Numbered from the stretch's first letter, positions 17,961-27,841 are shown. The stretch: DNA of 56,209 nt from Candidatus Omnitrophota bacterium (GCA_043815445.1 JBDRIY010000090.1:1-56209); one strand, 5' to 3'. The notes: a model not told the origin generated them from the sequence alone. Translations and numbers: made by a program.

Positions 17961-18770
17961 ATGGATTTAAACAAAAACATAAAAGATTGTCCTTTCGTTT
18001 TTTTAGATTTAGAAACAACCGGGCTTGACGCAGTTACCGGAGATTCTATCTGTGAAATCGGTATATTAAAAGTCCAGGGCGGAGAAGTTGTGGATACATT
18101 CCATAGCTTGATAAATCCTAAAAAAAGTATGCCTTTTCAAGCTTATCAAGTTCATAAAATATCTGATGAAGCGTTAAAAACGGCGCCTTACTTTGAAGAT
18201 GTAGCTGAGAATCTTATTGCTTTTTTGAAAGATTATATAGTTTGCGCTTATAATGTTAGTTTTGATATGGGTTTTATTAAGCATCATTTAGAAAGAATGA
18301 ATTTTCCAATTCCGAAATTAACAGCTTTAGATGTGCTTTCTATGGCTAGAGATGTACTTAAACTGTCTAGATATAATTTAGAAGCGGCAGCGCAATTCTT
18401 CAATATTGGTTTTGATAGCCTGCACAGGGCTTTTGATGACGCTGAGGCCGCCTATAAAGTTTTTTTTAAGCTCATAGATATTTTTAAGGGTAAAGGGATA
18501 GAGAGGTTAGAAGAATTTATCAAGCTTTACGGCTTAGAAGATGAAAGTTCTATATTAGAAGAGAATAAGAAAATTATTTTGCTTAAACAAGCAGTTGAGA
18601 GTAACTCTTGGCTGAAAATGAAGTATTTTTATTCAGCTAATATTGAAGAGGGGAAAATAATGCCTCTGCGTGTTTCTGAGGAAAAGAAATGTTTTTATCT
18701 TTGGTTTCAAACTTTAAACAGCACTAGCCGGCGTATAAAATTAAATCGTATTCTTGATATGGAGGCATAA
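17961..18770 (+). CDS. DEDDh 3'-5' exonuclease (DnaQ/epsilon-like) with an extra C-terminal domain
   Basis: ExoI FLDLETTGLD, ExoII AYNVSFDMGFI, ExoIII HRAFDDAEAA. Start taken at the ATG because the ORF-track start is TTG. Confidence 0.75.
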   Translation: MDLNKNIKDCPFVFLDLETTGLDAVTGDSICEIGILKVQGGEVVDTFHSLINPKKSMPFQAYQVHKISDEALKTAPYFEDVAENLIAFLKDYIVCAYNVSFDMGFIKHHLERMNFPIPKLTALDVLSMARDVLKLSRYNLEAAAQFFNIGFDSLHRAFDDAEAAYKVFFKLIDIFKGKGIERLEEFIKLYGLEDESSILEENKKIILLKQAVESNSWLKMKYFYSANIEEGKIMPLRVSEEKKCFYLWFQTLNSTSRRIKLNRILDMEA

Positions 18771-18795
18771 TTAATATATAATATAATTATTAAAT

Positions 18796-18930
18796 GAAAT
18801 TCCAAATAACAAATTCCAAATCACAAACAAATTCCAATTACCAAAATTCCAATGACCGAAACAAGAAATTTTTCATTTGGAATTTGATTATTGGAATTTA
18901 TTTGTAATTTGATGCTTGGAATTTGAAATT
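18796..18930. repeat. long intergenic hairpin, AAATTCCAAAT word family (copy 2)
   Basis: Left arm gaaattccaaataacaaattccaaatcacaaacaaattccaattaccaaaattccaatg. Right arm catttggaatttgattattggaatttatttgtaatttgatgcttggaatttg. Shares aatttgatgcttg with 8240-8252. Confidence 0.9.
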
Positions 18931-18948
18931 TAAAAATAGGGGGTAGAG

Positions 18949-19431
18949 ATGAAAGACATATTAGAAATTTTAGAAAATAATTCCAGAGTTTCTTTAGAAG
19001 ACTTAGAGAAGCTAACCGGTAAAAGCAAAAAAGAGCTTGAGCAGGCAATAAAGAATTATGAAAAAAAGGGAGTAATTGTTAAGTATAAAACCGTGATTAA
19101 CCGTCAGAAAATTAAAGATGAAAAAAGAGTAGTTGCTTTAATTGAAGTTAGAGTAGCGCCTCAAAAAGATGTTGGTTTTGATCTTATTGCTCAGCGGATT
19201 TACCGCTTTCCTGAGGTCCGGAGCTGTTATCTTCTTTCGGGAACCTATGATTTACTTTTAATCGTGGAAGGCAAAGATATTAATACTGTCGCTAGTTTTG
19301 TTTCTGAGAAATTAGCTCTTTTGAATTCAGTTAAAGGTACAGCTACTCATTTTATGCTTAAGAAATATAAGGAAGACGGAGTTATCCTTTTAGAAAAAGA
19401 GCAGAACAAGCGTTTGCCGATAACCTATTAA
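18949..19431 (+). CDS. Lrp/AsnC-family transcriptional regulator
   Basis: N-terminal HTH ILENNSRVSLEDLEKLTGKSKKELEQAIKNYEKKGVI. C-terminal RAM-like domain VRSCYLLSGTYDLLLIV. Confidence 0.85.
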   Translation: MKDILEILENNSRVSLEDLEKLTGKSKKELEQAIKNYEKKGVIVKYKTVINRQKIKDEKRVVALIEVRVAPQKDVGFDLIAQRIYRFPEVRSCYLLSGTYDLLLIVEGKDINTVASFVSEKLALLNSVKGTATHFMLKKYKEDGVILLEKEQNKRLPITY

Positions 19432-19432
19432 T

Positions 19433-19592
19433 AAATCCGAAACAAAATTAATAAAAATCCGAAATTCGAAATCCGAAGCACGAAACAAATTCGAAATTCA
19501 AAATGAAAAAAATCCAAAATAAAAAACTGAGTTTATTAACATTTCGAATTTTCTTCATTTGTTTCGGATTTCGATATTCGGATTTCGGATTT
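19433..19592. repeat. long intergenic hairpin, AAATCCGAAA word family (copy 2)
   Basis: Shares atttgtttcggatttcg and gatttcgatattcggattt with 14458-14606, and ttcgaattttc..ttcatttgtttcg and aaatccgaagcacgaaa with 29516-29642. Confidence 0.9.
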
Positions 19593-19611
19593 AAAAGATT
19601 CGTATAATGAT

Positions 19612-20784
19612 ATGATTGCAAAAAGAATTAAAAATTTGCCTCCTTCAGGAATAAGGGAATTTTTTGACCTGGTTTTAGGAATGCCTGAGGTTATTTCTTT
19701 AGGCGTAGGCGAACCAGACTTTATTACTCCTTGGAGGATTAGGGAAAGAGCAATTAGCGCTTTAGAAGAGGGCTTAACTTCCTATACCTCTAACAGCGGA
19801 CTTTTTGTTTTACGCCAGGGAATTTCTCAGCATTTGAATAAAAAATACTCTTTAAATTACGGCCCTCTTGAAGAAGTGCTGATTACTGTGGGAGTAAGCG
19901 AAGGTTTAGACCTATCTTTAAGAACAGTTTTGGAAGCTAAAGATAAAGTTATTGTGCCTAGTCCTTACTATGTCGCTTATCCTGCCTTGGTTGAAGCTAA
20001 TTTTGGAAAAGTTATACCCTTACTTACCAAGGAAGAAGAAGGGTTTAAGATTACGCCGAAAGCCTTAAGCGGGCTGCTTAAAGAAAACCCTAAAGCAATA
20101 ATATTAAATTATCCCTCTAATCCTACAGGTGTTACTTATACTCGCGAGGAGCTTAAAGAAATATGGAAAATTTTATCCTCTAAAGAAATATTTATTATTA
20201 GTGATGAGACTTATGATGAGTTGACTTACGATGGGGAGCACACTTGTTTTGCTTCACTGGATAAAAAAGCGAAAAAAAAAGTTATTCTGCTTAATGGATT
20301 TTCTAAAGGTTATGCTATGACCGGATTTCGGGTAGGCTATGCATGCGCTGACGCTGAAATTATTTCAGCTATGACTAAAATTCACTCTTATTCTATGCTT
20401 TGCGGCCCAATAATATCTCAGATTGCCGCGGTTGAAGGCTTAAAGGCTCAGAAGGAAGTTAGTTCTATGCGCCGAGAATATAAAAGAAGAAGAGATTTTA
20501 TTTCAGGAGAGCTTAATAGGCTGGGCCTTCACACAGTTCAGCCTCAAGGAGCGTTTTACTGCTTCTCATCTTTAAAAAAGTATAAGATGAATTCTTTAGA
20601 TTTTGCTAAACAGCTTTTATTCAAAGAAAAAGTAGCAGTAGTTCCGGGAACAGCTTTTGGCAAAGAATTTAGTTCTTATATAAGAATTTCCTACGCTAAC
20701 TCATTAGAGAATTTAAAAGAAGCTATAACAAGAATAGAACGATTTCTAAGAGACAAACCGATTCACCAAATAGGCCCCGCGTAG
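19612..20784 (+). CDS. class I/II PLP-dependent aminotransferase (AlaT/AspC-like)
   Basis: NYPSNPTG and NGFSKGYAMTGFRVGY (PLP-Lys). Adjacent to an Lrp-type regulator, as in the alaR-alaT arrangement. Confidence 0.85.
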   Translation: MIAKRIKNLPPSGIREFFDLVLGMPEVISLGVGEPDFITPWRIRERAISALEEGLTSYTSNSGLFVLRQGISQHLNKKYSLNYGPLEEVLITVGVSEGLDLSLRTVLEAKDKVIVPSPYYVAYPALVEANFGKVIPLLTKEEEGFKITPKALSGLLKENPKAIILNYPSNPTGVTYTREELKEIWKILSSKEIFIISDETYDELTYDGEHTCFASLDKKAKKKVILLNGFSKGYAMTGFRVGYACADAEIISAMTKIHSYSMLCGPIISQIAAVEGLKAQKEVSSMRREYKRRRDFISGELNRLGLHTVQPQGAFYCFSSLKKYKMNSLDFAKQLLFKEKVAVVPGTAFGKEFSSYIRISYANSLENLKEAITRIERFLRDKPIHQIGPA

Positions 20785-20820
20785 GCCTGTTTGAGGTTGT
20801 AAGGATAGCTTACGAAAGAT

Positions 20821-23160
20821 ATGCTCTTAAAATCATCGCGTAAAATACTTTTTTTAGTTTTTGTTTTAAGCCTGGCAGGTTATTTTTATGGCCGTCAAAG
20901 TTCTTTGGAAGATTTTTCCCAACGTTATGAAAAAATATCCAGCCGTCAGCAGCAACTTTTAAAAGATAAGCCCGGCGATTTAAAACTTAAGGCGCGGTTA
21001 GCGGGCTTTTATTATAATTTTAGAGATTATGAAAAAGTTGTAGAGCTTCTTGAAGGTATAGATAGCTTAGAAGTTCAAGTAATTAAAGCAAAAGCTTTAG
21101 CTAAATCAAAAGAATACAGTAAGGCTATTACGATTTTTGAGCAGTTAAAATTTAAACCCAAAGATTGTGAATACCTTTATCTTTACGGCCAAACCTTAGA
21201 GCAGAAAAACTTATTTCCTAAAGCCGTAGAAGTATATAAAAAAGTTTGCGGCCGGTTTAAACTTTTAGCCCAGCAAAGGTTAAAAGCTATTAAAGCTAAA
21301 ACTGAATACGGTGTTCCTCTTGAAGTAATAAAACTTTCTCAAGAAGCTGAAAGTTTTATTGAAGAAGTTCAGGATGAAGGGGCGATTTACCTTTTAGTTA
21401 ACGAAGACATTGAAATTACTTCTCAAAATACCTCGATATCAACAGTTCATGTTATAGAAAAAGTATTACAAGAAAGAGGCAAAGAGCTTGCTGAGATTGT
21501 TATCGGCTATGATTCTACTTACGAGAGAGTTGAACTTGAATTTGCCCGGGTTATAACTAAAGATAAAAGAATAATTTATGCCGCTAAGGAAAATATTCGC
21601 GATGTAAGCCGTTATTTAAATTTTCCTTTGTATAGCAACTCCAGGGCTTTTATTATTTCTATGCCGGCAGTAGATTTAGGCTCATTTATTGAGTATAAGA
21701 TAAAAATACATTCTTCTAAGCTGATTGCCGAGGATAATTTTAACTTTACTTACCGCTTAAAGGAAAAATACCCTATATTTAAGTCTAAATTCAATCTTAT
21801 TGTTCCTGAGAAAAAGCAGGTTAATTTTAGTTTTTTTAACCAACAGTACGCCAAAGGGGTTAATTTAGAGCCCTTATTAGCTAAAAAAGGCGATAAAAAA
21901 ATATACTCTTTAAATTTTAGAAAAATAAAGCCTATTATTCCTGAATACAGTATGCCCGCGGATTCTTTAGTTAACCCGGCGGTATTAATTTCAAGTTTTT
22001 CTTCTTGGAAAAATATTTATACTTGGTGGCATTCTCTTTATGAAGATAAGATTACGGTAAATGAGGAAATAAGAGAGTTTATAAAGGGCCTTATAGAAGG
22101 GGCTTCAAACAGCCGCGAGCAAGCTAAGAAAATTTATGAGTATGTGGCAAAAAACATTCGTTATGTAGCTGTAGAATACGGCGATAGCGGCCATGAGCCT
22201 CATTGCGCCAAAGAAGTTTTTGTTAATCGTTATGGCGACTGTAAAGACCAGGCGATTTTGCTGACAGCTATGTTAAGGAGCGTGGGATTAAAAGCTTACC
22301 CGGTATTAATTCCTACCCGTTCAGCTTACCCTATAAATGAGGATTTTCCTTCTATAAATTTTAATCATGCTATTTGCGTTTTAAATATTGATCAAGAGTT
22401 TATTTTTATGGATCCAACCTCTGAAACAACTTCTTTCGGCAGGGTTCCTCTCGCTGATCAAGGTAGGCTGGTTATGGTATTTTTAGAAGATAATTTTAAG
22501 CTTATTACAACTCCGGATATTAAGGAAAATGAGATAAAGTATGATATGAATATTGTTCTTGATGCTGAAGAAAACGCGTTGATTACAAGAAAAATTGAAT
22601 CTTCAGGTTTTTTTGCTTCGGGATACAGGGGGTATTTAAAATATACTCATCCAGAGGTAATTAAAGAAAGTATTCAGGAAAAAATGACTGAAATCTCATC
22701 TTCATCACAGCTTTTAAGCTATAAGATTGAAAACGCCGAAGATTTCGATAAAGATCCTATACTTATTTATGAATTTAATGCCCAGAATTTTCTTAATCCT
22801 GCCGGGAAACTAAGAATTATGCCGGCTTTTGACCAGCTTTATTTAGATTATAGCTTAATTAGCAAAGATGATAGGGAGTTTTCTATTGATTTTGAAGGGC
22901 TCTACACGAAATTAGCTAAGATAAAAGTAACTTTGCCTAAGAATTTAAAAATTCAATATCTACCCTCGTCAAAAGTTTTTGATAATGCTTGGTTTAAATT
23001 AGAAGTTGATTATGAAAATAATAACGGTTGTATTGATTTTAACCAGAAATTTACTCCTAAGAAAAGGTTTGTTCCAAAAGAAGAGTATCAGGAATTTAAA
23101 AAGTATCTTGGCCGCGCGCTTTATTTTTTAAAGGAAGAGGTTATCCTTCAAGTTAAATGA
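20821..23160 (+). CDS. secreted/membrane-anchored transglutaminase-like protein (TPR-like N-terminus, DUF3857-like region, transglutaminase core)
   Basis: Signal-like N-terminus. Cys-His-Asp core RYGDCKDQAILLTAMLR .. FNHAICVL .. FMDPT. Confidence 0.7.
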   Translation: MLLKSSRKILFLVFVLSLAGYFYGRQSSLEDFSQRYEKISSRQQQLLKDKPGDLKLKARLAGFYYNFRDYEKVVELLEGIDSLEVQVIKAKALAKSKEYSKAITIFEQLKFKPKDCEYLYLYGQTLEQKNLFPKAVEVYKKVCGRFKLLAQQRLKAIKAKTEYGVPLEVIKLSQEAESFIEEVQDEGAIYLLVNEDIEITSQNTSISTVHVIEKVLQERGKELAEIVIGYDSTYERVELEFARVITKDKRIIYAAKENIRDVSRYLNFPLYSNSRAFIISMPAVDLGSFIEYKIKIHSSKLIAEDNFNFTYRLKEKYPIFKSKFNLIVPEKKQVNFSFFNQQYAKGVNLEPLLAKKGDKKIYSLNFRKIKPIIPEYSMPADSLVNPAVLISSFSSWKNIYTWWHSLYEDKITVNEEIREFIKGLIEGASNSREQAKKIYEYVAKNIRYVAVEYGDSGHEPHCAKEVFVNRYGDCKDQAILLTAMLRSVGLKAYPVLIPTRSAYPINEDFPSINFNHAICVLNIDQEFIFMDPTSETTSFGRVPLADQGRLVMVFLEDNFKLITTPDIKENEIKYDMNIVLDAEENALITRKIESSGFFASGYRGYLKYTHPEVIKESIQEKMTEISSSSQLLSYKIENAEDFDKDPILIYEFNAQNFLNPAGKLRIMPAFDQLYLDYSLISKDDREFSIDFEGLYTKLAKIKVTLPKNLKIQYLPSSKVFDNAWFKLEVDYENNNGCIDFNQKFTPKKRFVPKEEYQEFKKYLGRALYFLKEEVILQVK

Positions 23161-23186
23161 GACTTGGACTTTTCAAAAAAAGTCCC

Positions 23187-23222
23187 TAGTCGAATTGAAC
23201 CCTGAGTACCCGAAGGGCCTTA
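23187..23222 (+). repeat. dispersed repeat family B, copy 1
   Basis: tagtcgaattgaaccctgagtacccgaagggcctta compared with 27733-27768 is about 31/36 identical. Preceded by a hairpin whose 3' strand ends in tagtc. Confidence 0.8.
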
Positions 23223-23249
23223 TTCAGGCTGTTTTCAATAGGCGAAGTT

Positions 23250-25340
23250 ATGGTAAATAGAAGAAAATTTTTAAGAATATCTACAGTTTTACCGGTTGAG
23301 TTTTATATTCTAGATGAGCAAGGCCGCAGGATTACTCCTTGGCTTCAGGGTTTTACCCGCGATATTGGTAAAGGCGGAATGGACCTTTTAGTTAATGACC
23401 TTTGGTGGGGTTTTTGGGATAAACTTAAGAGTAATCTGGATTCTCGGTTTTTCTTGCAAATAGAGCTTCCTTTTAAAAATAAACCTATTTTAATAGAAGC
23501 AAAATCAGCCTGGCTTAAGCAGGAAAATTCCGGCGCTATGAAACGTTGTTTTATAGGGCTTGAATTTTTAGAAAGTAACAGCTCAAAAGCTGCTTTTATC
23601 TTTAGATACGCTGTAATTAACAAAATTATTCCTTTTGCTGTTGCCACGGTGGTAACTATTCTTTTAACTTTATCTTTTTCTTTATATTGGCGGGCAGCTT
23701 CTTTGACAGCTAAAAATAAAAAAGTTGTCAAAGATTATGTGAGTATTGTAGAAAAAAAATCTTCTTTGGAAGAAGTCTTAGCCAGCGAAAAAAAGAACAG
23801 CCGGTCTTTAGAAAAAAAACAAGAGGAATTGCAAAAAGATATAACCTTGCTGGCTAAAGAAATTCTTCAGTGGCAGGAAAAGCAGGAAAATCTTGTTAAA
23901 CAAAACGCGGAGCAGCCGTCTCAACTTGAGCCGATAGTTTTCCAAGCAGCTGCAAAGCCTGAACCTTTAGAATCGGCAGGATTTAAAAAACAAGTTCTTC
24001 TTGAGTTTGAACTATCAGCTTTAAAGCGGAAGAATGAATTTTTAAAAATTAAAGTTAAAGAAAGTAAAGCCGCGGTGTCTAAGATTCAAGAACAAGTTAA
24101 TGGCCTTAGGGTAGAAAAACTTGAATATTCTCCTAAAATTATACAAGGAATGTATCAGTGGGTAAAAGACCGTCAAAACCCTAAAAATGGGCTAGTATTA
24201 AGTTACGAAGGCGATAGCAATTTAGACCGGGCTTGTTTTACTTATGATCAGGCTTTAGCAGCAATGATTTTTCTTGTTTATAATGACCGGGAATCCGCGG
24301 GAAAAGTTTTAGATTTTTATTTGAAAAGAGTTAAAAAAGGCCAGAGTATTTATAATGCTTATTTTATGAAAGGTGATGTTTTTGAATATACTAATCATTG
24401 CGGGCCCAATGCCTGGATAGGGTTGGCAGCCTTAGATTATGTTAAAAAAACTGGAGATAAAAAATATTTAGTAATTGCCCGCGAAGTAGGAAGCTTTCTT
24501 TTTTCAATGATGGATAAAGAAGGGGGGATAAAAGGAGGGCCTAAAGATTCATGGTATTCTACTGAACACAATTTAGATGCTTTTGCTTTTTTTAATTTAT
24601 ATTATCAGCTAAGCGCTGAGGAAAAGTATCTAGCAGCCGCGGAAAAAATAAAAAAATGGATTTGCAGCCATACTTATACTAAACAGGGCCCGCCGATAAA
24701 AAGAGGAAAAGGTGATTCCACTATTGCCACAGATACTTATGCTTGGTCAGTAACAGCTTTTGGGCCTGAAGAACTTTATTCTTTGAAGATGAATCCTGAG
24801 ATGATTTTAGAGTTTGCTGTAGAAAATTGCGAAGTAACAAGTAAGTTTAATAGTAGCGGCACAGCGATTGTGCTGCGAGGGTTTGATTTTGCTAAAGCCA
24901 GAAATCTTGCTCGGGGAGGAGTTATCTCAGGAGAGTGGACATCTCAGATGGTTTTAGCTTTTGAAATTATGGCTGATTATTTTGAGGATAAAGACCTTAA
25001 AAAGTCTCAAGAATATATGCAAAAAGCTATGTTTTATTTTAATGAATTGCAGAAAATGCTGGTTATTTCTCTTTCTAGAGTTGGAAAACAAGGGCCTTGT
25101 CTTCCTTATGCTTCAGTTTCTTCAGTAGATACCGGTCATGGCTGGAGAACTCCCAAAGGAGATAGAACCGGATCTCTTGCCTCAACCGCTTACTTTCTGC
25201 TTGCTTATCACGGCTATAACCCCTTGAAAGCTCAATCTTTGAGTTTATCTTTAAAGAATGTTTGTGAACAAGAGCTTGAAGAACGCGTTTTACCTGGAAG
25301 GGAAAGGGTGGAATGGACGGATGTAGCCGCGTTACCTTAA
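23250..25340 (+). CDS. PilZ-domain membrane protein with coiled coil and a large C-terminal helical-repeat (alpha/alpha-toroid-like) domain
   Basis: PilZ motifs RRKFLR and DIGKGG. TM helix IIPFAVATVVTILLTLSF. Long charged coiled coil. The C-terminus is rich in W/Y/F helical repeats. Confidence 0.6.
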   Translation: MVNRRKFLRISTVLPVEFYILDEQGRRITPWLQGFTRDIGKGGMDLLVNDLWWGFWDKLKSNLDSRFFLQIELPFKNKPILIEAKSAWLKQENSGAMKRCFIGLEFLESNSSKAAFIFRYAVINKIIPFAVATVVTILLTLSFSLYWRAASLTAKNKKVVKDYVSIVEKKSSLEEVLASEKKNSRSLEKKQEELQKDITLLAKEILQWQEKQENLVKQNAEQPSQLEPIVFQAAAKPEPLESAGFKKQVLLEFELSALKRKNEFLKIKVKESKAAVSKIQEQVNGLRVEKLEYSPKIIQGMYQWVKDRQNPKNGLVLSYEGDSNLDRACFTYDQALAAMIFLVYNDRESAGKVLDFYLKRVKKGQSIYNAYFMKGDVFEYTNHCGPNAWIGLAALDYVKKTGDKKYLVIAREVGSFLFSMMDKEGGIKGGPKDSWYSTEHNLDAFAFFNLYYQLSAEEKYLAAAEKIKKWICSHTYTKQGPPIKRGKGDSTIATDTYAWSVTAFGPEELYSLKMNPEMILEFAVENCEVTSKFNSSGTAIVLRGFDFAKARNLARGGVISGEWTSQMVLAFEIMADYFEDKDLKKSQEYMQKAMFYFNELQKMLVISLSRVGKQGPCLPYASVSSVDTGHGWRTPKGDRTGSLASTAYFLLAYHGYNPLKAQSLSLSLKNVCEQELEERVLPGRERVEWTDVAALP

Positions 25341-25378
25341 AGTATTAGGTTGTGTCCTATCCCGTGTGCCGCTTATTC

Positions 25379-25419
25379 AAAAGCCAAAAAGTTTCGCTCT
25401 CTAGACGCAATTTTTGCCT
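25379..25419 (+). repeat. dispersed repeat family A, copy 1
   Basis: aaaagccaaaaagtttcgctctctagacgcaatttttgcct. The 19-mer ctagacgcaatttttgcct (25401-25419) is identical to 43337-43355. Followed by hairpin 25435-25469. Confidence 0.85.
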
Positions 25420-25601
25420 TAATATTTAAAATATGTAGAGATAACGGAGCGCCGTTCCATTATCTCTACGATTATTGTTGTGTGGGAACGCGTGGTGTTT
25501 GAGACAAGAGCAGAGTTGAGAATATGGCCACCCGCGGGTGTCTTGAGCGCAAACTTTGTTTAATGGCAATATTGGCCGCTTATGCTACAATAAAAGTTAT
25601 T

Positions 25602-26498
25602 ATGACTAAAAAGGTATTTAAGTCAGGATTTGTGACGGTTTTGGGTAGGCCTAATGTTGGCAAGTCTACTTTGATTAATGCTTTAATCAAAGAAAAGGTT
25701 AGCATTATATCGCCTATTCCTCAAACAACCCGGCATCAAATAAAAGGGATTTTGAATTTAGAGAACGCTCAGATTGTTTTTGTGGATACTCCGGGAGTGC
25801 ATTCTTTTGAAGATAAGTTAAGTTCGTATTTAAATACAGTTGCTAAAACCGCTGTTGAAGGCTGCGATTTAGTCATTTATATGGTTGATGTAACCCGCGG
25901 GCCGGGCCGGGAAGAGGAACAACTGGTAAGAATAGTAGCTTCTTCGGGTGTAAAAACTATTATGGTTTTGAATAAAGTAGATTTGGGAGATAAATATATT
26001 AATGATTATATTGATTTATGGAATAAAAGAACTAAAGGCAAAGAGTTATTATACTATATACCTCTTTCAGCTAAGACTGGAAAAAATATTGATAAGTTAA
26101 GAGATGTTTTAATAGATAATTTACCTCAAGGCCAGGCTTATTACGACAACGAATCTTCTACGGATTTTCCGGTTAAGTTTCGTATTGCTGATATTGTTCG
26201 GGAAAAATTATTTTTACAGCTTAAAAAGGAGCTTCCTCATTCTTTGGCAGTTGAAGTTGATAGTATAGAGAATAAAAAAAAGCTTGTTTCTATAAAAATT
26301 AATATATATGTGCAAAGAACTTCTCAAAAAAGGATAGTTATAGGCAAAAACGGCGAAATGCTCAAGGAAGTAGGCAGCCTGGCCCGGCCGGAAATAGAAA
26401 AGATTTATAATAAAAAAGTTTTTTTAGATCTTTGGGTAAAAGTTTTAGGGGATTGGCAGAACCGGCCGAGGATATTAAAGGAATTAGGGTATTTTTAG
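25602..26498 (+). CDS. era: GTPase Era
   Basis: Start trimmed to MTKKVFKSGFVTVLGRPNVGKSTL (G1). DTPG (G3), NKVD (G4), C-terminal KH domain. Confidence 0.9.
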   Translation: MTKKVFKSGFVTVLGRPNVGKSTLINALIKEKVSIISPIPQTTRHQIKGILNLENAQIVFVDTPGVHSFEDKLSSYLNTVAKTAVEGCDLVIYMVDVTRGPGREEEQLVRIVASSGVKTIMVLNKVDLGDKYINDYIDLWNKRTKGKELLYYIPLSAKTGKNIDKLRDVLIDNLPQGQAYYDNESSTDFPVKFRIADIVREKLFLQLKKELPHSLAVEVDSIENKKKLVSIKINIYVQRTSQKRIVIGKNGEMLKEVGSLARPEIEKIYNKKVFLDLWVKVLGDWQNRPRILKELGYF

Positions 26499-26511
26499 AT
26501 TATTTGATCCC

Positions 26512-26530
26512 GGGCGGGGCGGCCCCGCCC
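26512..26530 (+). terminator. GC-rich palindrome after era
   Basis: gggcggggc g gccccgccc. Conspicuously GC-rich in AT-rich DNA. No T tract. Confidence 0.3.
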
Positions 26531-26544
26531 CTACAATATAAAAA

Positions 26545-27699
26545 ATGTGGGTTAAAAGGTGTAAACATTTTGGGGAGTGCGGGGGGTGTTCTTTTCAGGA
26601 TATTCCTTATAAAAAACAGCTTTGGCAAAAACAGGAAAAGATAAAAGAGTTAATGGCTTCTTATGGAATAGCCGCGCCCTTAAAACCTATTAATCACAGC
26701 CGGCGCTATTATTATCGTAATAAAATGGAGTTTACTTTTGCTGATCAAGGAAAAATTGCCTGCGGTTTTTACGGCCGAAAAGAAAAAAGAGAATTAGTAG
26801 ATTTAGAAGAATGTATAATTTTTTCTTCTGATGCCGGCAAAATACTTAAGATGGTTAAAAATTTTGCCCGGAAAAAAAATTATTCCGTATATAATAAATA
26901 TTCTCATAAAGGCTTTTTAAGAAATCTTATTATTCGCGAGGCAAAATTCACAAAAGAGATTATGGTGGGAATAGCTGTTACCAGTGAAGATGAATTGGCC
27001 GGGGATGAGTTTGTGAAAGAGCTAACTTCTTTAAAGTTAAAAGCCGCAGTTAAATCTATTTATCAAATTATTAATAATTCTCTTTCTGACGCGGTGGTGT
27101 TTGAAAAAAAGAAATTACTTTGGGGGACTGCTTTTATCAAAGAGAAGATAGGCAGATTAATTTTTAAAATTGGGATTGATACTTTTTCTCAGGTTAATCC
27201 TTTTATGATTAAGGGATTTTATGAAAAAATTAGAAGCTATGCTAAATTATCATCCGATAAGAGCGTAGTCGATCTTTTTTGCGGGGCAGGTTCTATCGGC
27301 CTTTTTCTCGCTCGGTATGTAAAGTTTGTTTGGGGGGTTGAATTCAGCAAAGAAACTGTGGAGGCAGCATGGGAGAATGCCAAGATTAACAAGGTAGGAA
27401 ATATATCGTTTCTTGCTTCTGATACCAGAAAATTTCTCAATACCCATAGCGTTTTTCATAGAAATATAAGTCTTTTAATAGTAAACCCGCCCCGATGCGG
27501 CCTTTCTAACAAGGTGATAAGGGGAATTTTAAGGTTAAATCCTGAAAAAATCATTTTTTCTTCCTGTAATCCTGATGCCTTTTGCCGAGACATATCAGCT
27601 TTAAAAGAGACATATAAGCCCAACTTTATCGAACCCTTTGACTTTTTCCCTCACACCCCACACCTAGAATGCCTAAGCCTACTAAGCAAAATTCAATAA
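26545..27699 (+). CDS. TrmA/RumA-family RNA (uracil-C5)-methyltransferase
   Basis: N-terminal Cys cluster CKHFGECGGCSFQ. SAM motif VVDLFCGAGSIGLFLA. Catalytic SCNPDAF. Confidence 0.8.
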   Translation: MWVKRCKHFGECGGCSFQDIPYKKQLWQKQEKIKELMASYGIAAPLKPINHSRRYYYRNKMEFTFADQGKIACGFYGRKEKRELVDLEECIIFSSDAGKILKMVKNFARKKNYSVYNKYSHKGFLRNLIIREAKFTKEIMVGIAVTSEDELAGDEFVKELTSLKLKAAVKSIYQIINNSLSDAVVFEKKKLLWGTAFIKEKIGRLIFKIGIDTFSQVNPFMIKGFYEKIRSYAKLSSDKSVVDLFCGAGSIGLFLARYVKFVWGVEFSKETVEAAWENAKINKVGNISFLASDTRKFLNTHSVFHRNISLLIVNPPRCGLSNKVIRGILRLNPEKIIFSSCNPDAFCRDISALKETYKPNFIEPFDFFPHTPHLECLSLLSKIQ

Positions 27700-27732
27700 G
27701 GCTACAGCCCTAAATAGAATGATATAAAGCTG

Positions 27733-27768
27733 TAGTCGAATTTAACCCTGAGTACTCAAAAGGTCTTT
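27733..27768 (+). repeat. dispersed repeat family B, copy 2
   Basis: tagtcgaatttaaccctgagtactcaaaaggtcttt. Preceded by the hairpin ggctacagc...gctgtagtc. Confidence 0.8.
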
Positions 27769-27777
27769 ACACAAATT

Positions 27778-27830
27778 AAAGTTCACTAAATAAGCAATGC
27801 TTATTTAGTGAACTTTAGCTGTTTTTTTTT
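27778..27830 (+). terminator. intrinsic terminator
   Basis: 18-bp stem aaagttcactaaataagc / gcttatttagtgaacttt, followed by a T9 run. Confidence 0.75.
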
Positions 27831-27841
27831 GGGGAAAGGGC

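Noticed and set aside
26432-26644. 70-aa ORF bridging the era 3' end and the rumA-like 5' end.
   Set aside because: It overlaps two well-supported genes in other frames and includes the GC-rich palindrome. It has no independent support.
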